Positions 8,458 through 17,407 of a stretch of 64,000 bases of DNA are shown here, piece by piece. Origin of the DNA: Alphaproteobacteria bacterium (GTDB taxonomy: Bacteria > Pseudomonadota > Alphaproteobacteria > RF32 > CAG-239). The notes under the pieces were generated by a model. It saw nothing but the letters and a program-made list of their open reading frames with translations, was not told where the DNA came from and ran no database searches. The stretch is taken from positions 11,602-75,601 of the forward strand of contig JAZRAL010000025.1 of assembly GCA_045634545.1 (NCBI GenBank), written 5' to 3'. Positions within the stretch are counted from its first letter, which is position 1, and the number at the start of each line of letters is the position of its first letter. Both the position numbers and the translations under genes were made by a program.

Positions 8458-9819
8458 ATGAGTGATATAACATTAGAAAGTCAATTGTTTGAGATAATTA
8501 ACGATAAAAAGATGAGCGAGGAGATAAAACTCGCAAAAATTGATATGCTCATAAAACTTGGCGTTGATGTTAATGCAATGTATGGGGCTAAGTCTGCATT
8601 AAAGTTTGCAAATGAAGTAAAAGAAGAAAAAATTGCGATGTTTTTAAAAAATAATGGTGCAATAGAGTTTTTTGATAAAGAAAAAGCAAAGGAGTTAGGA
8701 GAAAAGTTATATCTGGAATGTACTAAAGGAAATGCTGATATTAATAAAGTTAAAGAATTGGTAACAAGAGGTGCTGATGTTAATCTAAAAAATATTCATG
8801 GAAAAACATCCTTGTATTGGGCTGTTCGAAATGGTTGTAAAGAAATTGTGGAATTTTTAGTTTCAAACGGGGCAGATGTTAATCAAAAGTATAATGATGG
8901 ATTGACAGCTTTAACAGAGGCTTCTTCTTTGGGGGATAAAGAAATTGTAGAAATGCTACTTAAAAAAGGGGCTGATGTTGATGCTAAAGATGATGACGGA
9001 AGGACAGCATTGATGGTGGCTTCTTGTCGTGGTCATAAGGAAGTTGCGGAATTTTTAGTTTCAAGTGGCGCAGATGTTAATCTAAAAGATAAGTCTGACA
9101 ATACAGTGTTGCAGATGGCTGTTCAATGTAATCGTAAAGAAATTGTAGAAATGCTACTTAAAAAAGGGGCTGATGCTAATGTTAAAGATTATGTCGGAAA
9201 TACAGCATTGATGGAGGCTTCTTGGGGGGGGCATAAGGAAGTTGTGGAATTTTTAGTTTCAAGTGGCGCTGATGTTAATCTAAAAGATAATTCTGGCCGT
9301 ACAGCGTTGCTGATGGCTGTTCGAAATGGTTATAAAGAAATTGTAGAATTTTTAGTTTCAAGTGGCGCAGATGTTAATCTAAAAGATAGGTCTGGCAGTA
9401 CAGCGTTGATGGTGGCTGCTAAAATGGATAATAAAAAATTTGTAGAATTTTTAGTTTCAAGTGGCGCAGATGTTAATATTCAAGATAATGATGGTTATAC
9501 AGCATTGGTGTGGGCTTCTTGTAATGGTTATAAGGAAGTTGCGGAATTTTTAGTTTCAAGTGGCGCAGATGTTAATATTCAAGATGAAGATGGTTATACA
9601 GCATTGATGTTTGCTTCTAATAATGGTTATAAAGAAATTGTGGAAGTTTTAGTTGAAAGAGGCGCTGATGTTAAAGCTAAAAACAATAGTAGAAAAATAG
9701 CGATTGATTTGGCTAAAGATGATGAAATAAGGGAGATATTGATAGATACAGTTAAGGTACAAAATATAGAAAACCATGGTGTTGTTTTTGGAAAGATTAA
9801 AAACATATTTGAAAGATAA
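8458..9819 (+). CDS. ankyrin-repeat protein (about 10 repeats), family N-terminal module
   Basis: Repeated G.TAL..A...GHKE.VEFLVS.GADVN units. N-terminus MSDITLESQLFEII matches paralogs, so ATG 8458 is preferred to 8452. Confidence 0.9.
   Translation: MSDITLESQLFEIINDKKMSEEIKLAKIDMLIKLGVDVNAMYGAKSALKFANEVKEEKIAMFLKNNGAIEFFDKEKAKELGEKLYLECTKGNADINKVKELVTRGADVNLKNIHGKTSLYWAVRNGCKEIVEFLVSNGADVNQKYNDGLTALTEASSLGDKEIVEMLLKKGADVDAKDDDGRTALMVASCRGHKEVAEFLVSSGADVNLKDKSDNTVLQMAVQCNRKEIVEMLLKKGADANVKDYVGNTALMEASWGGHKEVVEFLVSSGADVNLKDNSGRTALLMAVRNGYKEIVEFLVSSGADVNLKDRSGSTALMVAAKMDNKKFVEFLVSSGADVNIQDNDGYTALVWASCNGYKEVAEFLVSSGADVNIQDEDGYTALMFASNNGYKEIVEVLVERGADVKAKNNSRKIAIDLAKDDEIREILIDTVKVQNIENHGVVFGKIKNIFER
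8939..9642 (+). repeat. near-identical 99-bp (and 198-bp higher-order) tandem coding repeats inside an ankyrin gene
   Basis: GAATTTTTAGTTTCAAGTGGCGC(A/T)GATGTTAAT recurs at 9049, 9247, 9346, 9445 and 9544. AAAGAAATTGTAGAAATGCTACTTAAAAAAGGGGCTGATG occurs at about 8939 and 9137. Confidence 0.85.
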
Positions 9820-9822
9820 AAA

Positions 9823-10686
9823 ATGAGTGAGATAACATTAGAAAGTCAATTGTTTGAGATAATTAAAAACAAAGAATTAAGCGAGGATATTAAACTTGCA
9901 AAATTTGATATGCTAATAAAACTTGGGGTTGATGTGAATGCTATGTATGGAGCAAGGTCTGCTTTAAGGATTGCAAAAGATAAAAAATTAACAGAAGTTA
10001 GTAAATATTTAGAAGAAAATGGGGCTAAAAATATCTTTGACGAAAAAAAAGCAAAAGAGTTAGGAGAAAACTTAATTAAGGAATGTAATTCAAGAAATGT
10101 AAACTTTGAGAAAGTAAAAGAATTAGTAGAACATGGGGCTGATGTTAATGATAAATATGAAGAGGGATGGACAGCGTTGATGAAAGCTTCTATAAATGGA
10201 TATAAGGAAATTGCGGAATTTTTGATTGAAAATGGTGCGAAGGTTAATCAAAAGAATAAATGGGGGAAGGGAGCATTAATGAAGGCTTCTGAATATGGTC
10301 ATAAGGAAGTTGCGGAAGTTTTAGTTGAATGGGGCGCTGATGTTAATGATAAAAATAATTTTAATAAAACACCATTGATGGGAGGGGCTTATTATGGTCA
10401 TAAGGAGGTTGTGGAGTTTTTAGTTGCAAAAGGGGGGGATGTTAACCTAAAAGATATAGAAGGTAATACAGCATTGATGTATGCTTCAAAAAATGGTCAT
10501 AAGGAAGTTATAAAGTTACTAATAGAAAACGGGGCAGATGTTAGTTATAAAAATAAAGATGGTCAAAGCGCAATAGAACTTGCAAAAGATGAAGAAACAA
10601 GAAAAGTGATATTTAACATTGTTAAGGAAAGAAAAAGAATAGAGTTTTTTTGTAAAATTAAAAGAGGTTTGGGTTTGGAGAAATAA
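9823..10686 (+). CDS. ankyrin-repeat protein, family N-terminal module
   Basis: Starts MSEITLESQLFEIIKNKELSEDIKLAKFDMLIKLGVDVNAMYGA, followed by 5 ANK repeats. Starts 3 nt after the previous stop. Confidence 0.9.
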   Translation: MSEITLESQLFEIIKNKELSEDIKLAKFDMLIKLGVDVNAMYGARSALRIAKDKKLTEVSKYLEENGAKNIFDEKKAKELGENLIKECNSRNVNFEKVKELVEHGADVNDKYEEGWTALMKASINGYKEIAEFLIENGAKVNQKNKWGKGALMKASEYGHKEVAEVLVEWGADVNDKNNFNKTPLMGGAYYGHKEVVEFLVAKGGDVNLKDIEGNTALMYASKNGHKEVIKLLIENGADVSYKNKDGQSAIELAKDEETRKVIFNIVKERKRIEFFCKIKRGLGLEK

Positions 10687-10761
10687 AGAATTTTAATTTG
10701 TAGATCCCTTGACGTTTTGCTTAACGTAAAACGAGGGATGACGGTTAGGATAATTTTTTTG

Positions 10762-10790
10762 TTGTAAAGATGGTAATTTTATGGTATGTT
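10762..10790 (+). promoter_or_regulatory. extended -10 promoter (TTGTAA-N17-TATGTT)
   Basis: TTGTAAagatggtaattttaTGGTATGTT, upstream of the short ankyrin gene. Confidence 0.45.
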
Positions 10791-10822
10791 TTAGATACAT
10801 TCATGGAGTATAGGAGTAAAAA

Positions 10823-11191
10823 ATGAGTGAAAATATTTTAGAAGATCAATTAATTGATATTGTATATGATGCAGATATGCCTGAAGATGTTAAGTTAGCC
10901 AAGATTGATATGTTGATAAAACTTGGTGTTAAAAATGAGGCAAAAAATGAAGCATTGTTAGTTGCTTGTAGAGGTGATAGTGAAAAAATTGTAGAAATGT
11001 TGATTTTGAACGGAGCAGATATTGGAGTTAAAAATAGTAATAATCGTTCTGTAGTAGCTATTGCTAAAGATGAAAATATGAGAAAAGTAATATTTGAGGC
11101 GGCGAAGAAAAAGCAAAAGAAAGAAGATGATGAAAAATTGGAAGAAGCAAGAAAAGTTGAGGAACTCATTTTAGGTAGAGGATTTTTTTAA
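10823..11191 (+). CDS. short ankyrin-family protein (N-module plus about 1-2 repeats)
   Basis: Starts MSENILEDQLIDIV..DVKLAKIDMLIKLGV, then a single ANK-like unit and a Lys/Glu-rich tail. RBS is AGGAG. Confidence 0.75.
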   Translation: MSENILEDQLIDIVYDADMPEDVKLAKIDMLIKLGVKNEAKNEALLVACRGDSEKIVEMLILNGADIGVKNSNNRSVVAIAKDENMRKVIFEAAKKKQKKEDDEKLEEARKVEELILGRGFF

Positions 11192-11226
11192 TAAAATAGG
11201 TTATATCTTTAAAAAAAGAGGCTAAA

Positions 11227-12123
11227 ATGAGTGAAGTAACTTTAGAAAGTCAGTTATTTGATATAATTAGAAATAAAGAAATGCCGGAAAATATCAAGCT
11301 CGCTAAGATTGATATGCTAATTAGGCTTGGGGCTGATTTGAACGTTAAATCTAGAGGAAAAACGTCGCTTGCTTTAGCTAAAGATGAAAATTTAGAAAAA
11401 ATTGCTGAAATTTTGAGTGAAAATGGGGCTCTTGATGAAAGAATTTCTGATGAAGAAGTAAAGAGATTGAGTAAAAGACTTATGGTTTTTATTAATGTAG
11501 GTGATTTAGATGAAGCAAAAAACGCAATAGAAGAGGGGGCTGATGTTAATTATATTGAAAAAGCTTCACTACATTATAATACTCCTCTTTTGGAAGCATG
11601 TCGTCATGGGCATATTGAAATGGTTAGAAAGTTGCTTGATTGTGGAGCTGAACTTAATTTGAAAAATGCTGAAAAAACTATAGCTCCGATATATATAGCT
11701 GCGGCTAGAGGACATATTCATATTATAAAAGAATTAATTAAAAGAGGGGCTGATATTAATGACGATACTAGCCAATATAAATTAACTCCTTTGATGGGGG
11801 CGGTTGGTGATAGGCGTTATGATATGGTTAAATTTTTAATTTCAAATGGAGCTGATGTAAACAAAATAGATGTAGATGGACAGAGCGCTCTTATGGAAGC
11901 AGTAGAAAAGGGGGATATTCATTTAATTGGTGAATTAATAGATGCTGGTGCGGATGTTTTATTGAAAGATAAAAAAGGTAAAATTGCACTAGAATATACT
12001 CAAAATGAGGATATTAAAAAGTTTTTAATTAAGAAATTTAAGAAAACAAAATCAGCTAATTTAAAGAAAGAAGATATAAATATGCTTGAGGGTTTTTTAG
12101 ATAAAAGAAGAGATTTTTTGTAA
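11227..12123 (+). CDS. ankyrin-repeat protein, family N-terminal module
   Basis: Starts MSEVTLESQLFDIIRNKEMPENIKLAKIDMLIRLGADLN, followed by ANK repeats (TPLLEACRHGHIEMVRKLLDCGAELN etc.). Confidence 0.9.
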   Translation: MSEVTLESQLFDIIRNKEMPENIKLAKIDMLIRLGADLNVKSRGKTSLALAKDENLEKIAEILSENGALDERISDEEVKRLSKRLMVFINVGDLDEAKNAIEEGADVNYIEKASLHYNTPLLEACRHGHIEMVRKLLDCGAELNLKNAEKTIAPIYIAAARGHIHIIKELIKRGADINDDTSQYKLTPLMGAVGDRRYDMVKFLISNGADVNKIDVDGQSALMEAVEKGDIHLIGELIDAGADVLLKDKKGKIALEYTQNEDIKKFLIKKFKKTKSANLKKEDINMLEGFLDKRRDFL

Positions 12124-12139
12124 TTTTAGACAAAAACAT

Positions 12140-12168
12140 TTGACATTTGGCAAAATAGGTAATATATA
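12140..12168 (+). promoter_or_regulatory. promoter (TTGACA-N17-TATATA)
   Basis: TTGACAtttggcaaaataggtaaTATATA, upstream of 12203. Confidence 0.5.
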
Positions 12169-12202
12169 TAAATTGTAAGTGGCTTTTAGAAGGTGCAATT
12201 TA

Positions 12203-12559
12203 ATGAAATTTTGGATTAATTGTTTAATTGGTTTAATTTTAATTTTTGGTGGTTTTAGTGTAAATGTGGCTAAAGCTGAAACACTTTTGTGGTGTGGTGA
12301 ATATATAGAATATAAAGATAAAGGTTATATTAAACTGCTAAGAGGTGATATTGGAGTAGGTAGTGAAGATTGTAGTAAAACTCAATATTATAAACGTAAA
12401 GCAGATGAGAGAGTAGTTGCCGTTAAGCTTGAATTTACTCGTAATAGGTCAACATATGCTAAATGGCGCAAATATATTGGTCATGTAATTGAAGTTAAAG
12501 GAAAATATCGTAATGCAACAATTAAAAGTACTAAGTTTGTTAGAGATTTAGGTCGATAG
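12203..12559 (+). CDS. small secreted hypothetical protein
   Basis: ATG 12203 gives the signal peptide MKFWINCLIGLILIFGGFSVNVAKA. It has its own TTGACA-17-TATATA promoter and a terminator. No recognisable domain. Confidence 0.55.
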   Translation: MKFWINCLIGLILIFGGFSVNVAKAETLLWCGEYIEYKDKGYIKLLRGDIGVGSEDCSKTQYYKRKADERVVAVKLEFTRNRSTYAKWRKYIGHVIEVKGKYRNATIKSTKFVRDLGR

Positions 12560-12570
12560 TTTTTGATTTT

Positions 12571-12597
12571 AGCCTTAATTTTTAAGGCTATTTTTTT
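12571..12597 (+). terminator. intrinsic terminator
   Basis: AGCCTTA-atttt-TAAGGCT followed by T7. Confidence 0.65.
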
Positions 12598-12599
12598 GA

Positions 12600-13712
12600 T
12601 TAATATACTTGTTTGAAAGAGTTGTTGTTATACATTTCTATAATATATTTTGATGATTTTATTGAACCTGAGTGCATCATAAATTCTGACCACTTTTCTC
12701 TTAGGGCATCAGAATTTGAAGAAGATAATAATTTTTTGTAATCAAAACTTTGGTTGCTTTCTACTAAATCACCCCATAATTTTACGGCTGCATAGCTATA
12801 TACTTCTAAGCCTTTAGGTTCTATACCACGAAGGCGCAAATCTACTAAGTTTTCGGTAAACATAATGCTATCTTTAAAGCCTTTTAATGCCATAACATAT
12901 ATGCCATTTGATTTTTCTTTTAAGGTATTATAAATCATGGCATCTGGCATGTCTTTGGCTGTAAAGACTATGATATCTTCATCTTGTTTTTTTAGTGATA
13001 AAATGAAATCTGTTGAGGCATCTTTGCTTGATAATACAAAAGTTATGGCGATTTGGTCTTTTTTTACGGTGGAGATTAAATCTGTTATATTGGTTGAGTT
13101 GTTTAAGGTGTAGAATTTTAGTAAATTACTTTTACCGTATTTTTGAAATTCTTTAAATAAAGATTTTGCCACATCTGAGTAACCATCATCTTTGTTGTCG
13201 TCATAGATGAATGCAGTTTTTAGACCTGCAAAATTTTGGTTGTAGAAATTAAAAAAGTCTCCACTCATTTGTGATTTTGTGCCAAGGAACATTATTTGTC
13301 CTTTTTTGTTGGTGTCGGCTTGATTGTAGGTTACGGTTGTTGGTACAATTTGGAAAATTTTTGAATTTTCATAAATGTTTGCGATTTCTGCAAAACGATT
13401 TGAGCAATAAGGACCAACAACAAGGCCTATTTTTTTTGAATTAAGTAAAGCTAACATTTCTGCTGTTGAGATTGCTAGTCTATCATCACAACGGTCATCA
13501 ATGGTAAGGATGTCTATTTCTTTGTTGTTTAGACCTCCTTTTTTGTTGATTTCATCTATTGCAAGTTTTGCACCATTAAATAGTTCTTCTCCTTCTTTTT
13601 TGTATTCGCCTTGTTTGGGGGCAATTACGGCAACCGTAATCGTTTCTGCTTTTATAGGTGCAGAGTAAACAAAGCTTAAAATAAGAAGAAACTTTATAAA
13701 GTGCTTTAACAT
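12600..13712 (-). CDS. periplasmic substrate-binding protein, Leu/Ile/Val-binding (type I PBP) family
   Basis: Signal peptide, then ITVAVIAPKQGEYKKEGEELFNGAKLAIDEINKKGG and VVGPYCS motifs. No cognate permease or ATPase genes are adjacent. Confidence 0.75.
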   Translation of the reverse strand: MLKHFIKFLLILSFVYSAPIKAETITVAVIAPKQGEYKKEGEELFNGAKLAIDEINKKGGLNNKEIDILTIDDRCDDRLAISTAEMLALLNSKKIGLVVGPYCSNRFAEIANIYENSKIFQIVPTTVTYNQADTNKKGQIMFLGTKSQMSGDFFNFYNQNFAGLKTAFIYDDNKDDGYSDVAKSLFKEFQKYGKSNLLKFYTLNNSTNITDLISTVKKDQIAITFVLSSKDASTDFILSLKKQDEDIIVFTAKDMPDAMIYNTLKEKSNGIYVMALKGFKDSIMFTENLVDLRLRGIEPKGLEVYSYAAVKLWGDLVESNQSFDYKKLLSSSNSDALREKWSEFMMHSGSIKSSKYIIEMYNNNSFKQVY

Positions 13713-13714
13713 TG

Positions 13715-15463
13715 TTACATCTTTTCAGGAGCTTTAAAGCCTAACAAATTAATTGATGTGTCTAATACATTTAAGGTTAAAGTAATTAGCGCAACAAGAG
13801 ATTGCAATACGGTTTGATCAGTTTCTGCTAATATTTTTTTGTTGTGATAGAACGCGTTAAATTTGTTTGAAACTTCATAAATATATTGGCACAAAATTGA
13901 AGGTGCGTCTTTTTTTACGGTTTCGGTTAAGATGTGGCTAAACTTAATTAGGCTTAACGCTAAATCACGTTCAGAATCTGTGCTAAATGCGGTGATTTGG
14001 CTTTTAGTATTTAAGTTTAGTTTTGATAAAATAGATTTGATACGAACCATTGTGTATAGAATGTATGGTCCGGTGTTTCCTTCAAATGATGCAAATTTAT
14101 CTATATCAAAAATATAGTTGCTTTCACATGGGTTTTGTAAATCACCATATTTGATGGCAGAAAGTGCAATGATTTTGGATAGTTCAGCTAATTTATCTTG
14201 GGGCATATTTTCGCTATCTTTTATTGATACTTTTGCTTCTACAGTATCTAAAAGTTCTGACAATTTCATAGTGCCACCGGAACGAGTTTTGAATGGTTTG
14301 CCATCAGAGCCATTTACTGTTCCAAAACCTACAAATGATAGGTCTGTATTTTCTGGTATGATACCAGTTTTCTTAGCACAACGGAAAACACGTTCAAAGT
14401 GCAAACCTTGGCGTTTATCTACAACATAGATTACTCTATTGGGATTATAATCTTCTTGTCTTTGAACGAGAGTTGCAAGGTCTGTTGTTTCATAAATAGC
14501 AGAGCCATCAGATTTTAAGATAAAGCATGGAGGAATTGGGGCTGTGTCTGTTTCTTCTTTTACATCAACAACGAGTGCTCCTTCGCTAACATAGGCAAAA
14601 CCTTTGTCTTTCATCATTTTTACCATGTCTTTAATGTATGGGGCTGCATCACTTTCACCAAGCCAAACATCAAAATCAACATCTAGACGAGAATAGTTTT
14701 GTTTTAAGTCTTGAAGAGAAACGTTAAGGATATGCTTCCATAAAGCACGATATCCTGCTCTACCATTTTGTAGTTCTTTTGTTGCTTGACGAGCTTTGGC
14801 TAAATAGTCTTCGTCTTCTTTAGATGTTTTGGAAGCAAATGGATAGATTTCTTCTAGGTCTTTTAGGTTAAATGGTGGTATTTCAGGGTATTGACCTTCA
14901 TAGTTTTCATCAAAGTAGCAAAGGTCTGGTTGTCTTTGGCTTAATTCATGGATAATTAACCCCATTTGCAAACCCCAGTCACCAAGGTGAGCATCTCCAA
15001 TTACTTTGTTGCCATAAAAACGGTTTAATCTTTTTAATGCTTCACCAATAACAGCAGAACGAAGGTGACCGACATGGAGTGGTTTTGCAACATTTGGACC
15101 ACCGTAGTCTATCACAACTGTAAGAGGAGCTTCTTTATTTTCAAATCCGCATTTAGGAGAGTTTAACATTTCGTTTAAGTAAGAATGTAAGAACTCGTCT
15201 TTAACATTAATGTTTATAAAGCCTGGGGCTACAACGTTAATGTCTTTTATAATGTCGTTTGAAACAATGTTGTTTAGGACATCATTTGCGATTTGAAGAG
15301 GGGCTTTACGATATAATTTTGCGCCACCCATTGCGCCATTTACTTGGAATTGACATAAGTCTTGACGGTTAGAAACAGTAACTCGGCCTAATTCTCTATC
15401 ATAGCCCGCATTTTCAAATGATTGCATAAATATTTGATTTAAAGTTTCTATTACCGATAGCAT
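13715..15463 (-). CDS. argS: arginine--tRNA ligase
   Basis: Class I HVGHLRS (HIGH) motif, about 580 aa, typical ArgRS architecture. Confidence 0.95.
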   Translation of the reverse strand: MLSVIETLNQIFMQSFENAGYDRELGRVTVSNRQDLCQFQVNGAMGGAKLYRKAPLQIANDVLNNIVSNDIIKDINVVAPGFININVKDEFLHSYLNEMLNSPKCGFENKEAPLTVVIDYGGPNVAKPLHVGHLRSAVIGEALKRLNRFYGNKVIGDAHLGDWGLQMGLIIHELSQRQPDLCYFDENYEGQYPEIPPFNLKDLEEIYPFASKTSKEDEDYLAKARQATKELQNGRAGYRALWKHILNVSLQDLKQNYSRLDVDFDVWLGESDAAPYIKDMVKMMKDKGFAYVSEGALVVDVKEETDTAPIPPCFILKSDGSAIYETTDLATLVQRQEDYNPNRVIYVVDKRQGLHFERVFRCAKKTGIIPENTDLSFVGFGTVNGSDGKPFKTRSGGTMKLSELLDTVEAKVSIKDSENMPQDKLAELSKIIALSAIKYGDLQNPCESNYIFDIDKFASFEGNTGPYILYTMVRIKSILSKLNLNTKSQITAFSTDSERDLALSLIKFSHILTETVKKDAPSILCQYIYEVSNKFNAFYHNKKILAETDQTVLQSLVALITLTLNVLDTSINLLGFKAPEKM

Positions 15464-15626
15464 TATGTTTCTCCATATAGTTAGAATTATTGCGGATAAT
15501 ATAGGGTATTAAAGGTAGTGTCAAGTGTAAAATTTGGGGGAGAAATGTTGGGTTTTAATTGACTTTTTTGAGGATAGAGGTAGATTTTAGGGCATTATTT
15601 GGTTTAAATATTTATAGGAGACGAAA

Positions 15627-17258
15627 ATGGCAGTGTCATTGGCTGTTCAAAAATTAATGGAAGAATATAATCGTTTTTCTTCTACAACAATGAATGAATT
15701 ATTTGAAAAAGATGAAAATAGAGCAAAAAAATATACCATAGAACTTCAAGATATGGTGTTTGATTATTCTAAGAATAGATTTGATGAAAAAGTTTTAGAT
15801 GCTTTGTTTGGTCTTGCAAATGAACATAATCTAAAAGAACGTATTGAAGATATGTTTGAAGGTAAAAAAATTAACGTAACAGAAGATAGAGCAGTGCTTC
15901 ATACTGCACTTCGTAATTTCTCAGGAAAGCCTGTTTTTGTTGATGGTAAAGATGTTATGCCTGATATTTTGAGAGTGCAAAAACAAATGAAAGAATTTGT
16001 TAAGGCAGTTCATGAAGGCGAATTTAGAGGCGCTACAGGTAAAAAATTAAAAAATATTGTAAATATTGGTATTGGTGGTTCTGACCTTGGTCCTTATATG
16101 GTAACATCTGCGCTTAAAAAATATTGGGTTGAAGGAATCGAGAGCTATTTTATTTCTAATATTGATGGGACAGCTTGTCATGAAGTATTAAATAAAGTTA
16201 ATGCTGAAGAAACTTTGTTTATTGTTGCTTCTAAAACATTTACTACTATCGAAACTCTTACAAATGCAAGAACTTGTAGAGAATGGCTTGTTAGTAAATT
16301 AGGTGAAGATGCAGTTAAGAATCACTTTGTTGCATTATCAACTAATGCTGAAAAAGTTAAAGAGTTTGGTATTGACACTAATAATATGTTTGAATTTTGG
16401 AACTTTGTTGGTGGACGTTATTCTTTGTGGTCAGCTATTGGTCTTTCTATTGCTTTGACTGTAGGTTATGATAAATTTGAAGAGCTTTTAAAAGGTGCTG
16501 AAGCTATGGATAATCACTACCGCTATGCTCCTTTGAATGAAAATATCCCTGTGATTATGGCGCTTATTGGTATTTGGTATAATGATTATTATAATATTCA
16601 TAGATATGGGGTTATTCCTTATGACCAATATTTGAAGTTTTTACCTTCATATTTGCAACAGCTTGATATGGAAAGTAATGGTAAATCTGTTCGTTTAGAT
16701 AATAAGAAAATTACTGATTATGCAACAGGTCCTGCTTTGTTTGGTGGGGCTGGTACTGATGTTCAACATTCTTTCTTCCAACTTTTGCACCAAGGTACAG
16801 AGCCTGTTCCAGTTGACTTTATTATTCCTGCTAATTCTTTGAATGAAAAAGGTAAACATCATTTGATTTTGCTTGCTAATATTTTGGCTCAAGCAGAGGC
16901 TTTGATGAAAGGTAAGAGTGAAAAAGAAGCTGAAGCTGAATTGAGAGCTCAAGGAAAAGATGAGGCTACAATTGAAAAATTGAAGCTCAATAAAAGCTTT
17001 GATGGTAATCGTCCATCAAATATGTTTATTGTAAAGACTATAACACCATATGCTTTGGGTATGTTGATTGCTATGTATGAACATAAAGTTCATGCTCAAG
17101 GTGTAATTTGGGAAATTGATAGTTTTGACCAATGGGGTGTTGAGCTTGGTAAACAAATGGCTTTGAAGATTTTGCCAGAATTAGAAGGTGGGCCAAAAGC
17201 TTGCCATGATAGTTCTACTACAAGCTTGATTGGTAAAATTTTAGATTTAAGAAAATAA
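15627..17258 (+). CDS. pgi: glucose-6-phosphate isomerase
   Basis: Motifs GIGGSDLGP, ASKTFTT.ET and DQWGVELGK. Length 543 aa. Confidence 0.95.
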   Translation: MAVSLAVQKLMEEYNRFSSTTMNELFEKDENRAKKYTIELQDMVFDYSKNRFDEKVLDALFGLANEHNLKERIEDMFEGKKINVTEDRAVLHTALRNFSGKPVFVDGKDVMPDILRVQKQMKEFVKAVHEGEFRGATGKKLKNIVNIGIGGSDLGPYMVTSALKKYWVEGIESYFISNIDGTACHEVLNKVNAEETLFIVASKTFTTIETLTNARTCREWLVSKLGEDAVKNHFVALSTNAEKVKEFGIDTNNMFEFWNFVGGRYSLWSAIGLSIALTVGYDKFEELLKGAEAMDNHYRYAPLNENIPVIMALIGIWYNDYYNIHRYGVIPYDQYLKFLPSYLQQLDMESNGKSVRLDNKKITDYATGPALFGGAGTDVQHSFFQLLHQGTEPVPVDFIIPANSLNEKGKHHLILLANILAQAEALMKGKSEKEAEAELRAQGKDEATIEKLKLNKSFDGNRPSNMFIVKTITPYALGMLIAMYEHKVHAQGVIWEIDSFDQWGVELGKQMALKILPELEGGPKACHDSSTTSLIGKILDLRK

Positions 17259-17281
17259 GTTTTTTAAAGCTTAAATAAATT

Positions 17282-17305
17282 AGCTCCCTTCGGGGGGCTT
17301 TTTTT
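17282..17305 (+). terminator. intrinsic terminator after pgi
   Basis: AGCTCCC-ttcg-GGGGGCT followed by a T-run. Confidence 0.75.
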
Positions 17306-17326
17306 ATGTTTGAAAGGATAAACCTG

Positions 17327-17355
17327 TTGACAAAATAGATGTTTTTGTATATTAG
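17327..17355 (+). promoter_or_regulatory. promoter (TTGACA, TG-extended AT-rich -10)
   Basis: TTGACAaaatagatgtttttgTATATTAG, about 50 nt upstream of ATG 17408. The exact -10 register is ambiguous. Confidence 0.4.
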
Positions 17356-17407
17356 CTATTCTTAATAAAATTATATTTATGTTTAATAATTAAAAAAATT
17401 ATACACT

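Noticed and set aside
8800-9700. Regularly spaced near-identical repeats that could superficially resemble a CRISPR array.
   Set aside because: The period is 99 bp, in frame and coding for ankyrin units. The 'spacers' are homologous to each other, and there are no cas genes.
10846-11169. 107-aa minus-strand ORF overlapping the short ankyrin gene.
   Set aside because: It is antisense to a gene with a family-conserved N-module, promoter and RBS. Its translation is low-complexity Ser/Phe-rich.
12179-12202. GTG-initiated N-terminal extension (MAFRRCNL) of the small secreted protein.
   Set aside because: The downstream ATG at 12203 yields a canonical signal peptide and lies at a sensible distance from the TTGACA-17-TATATA promoter.
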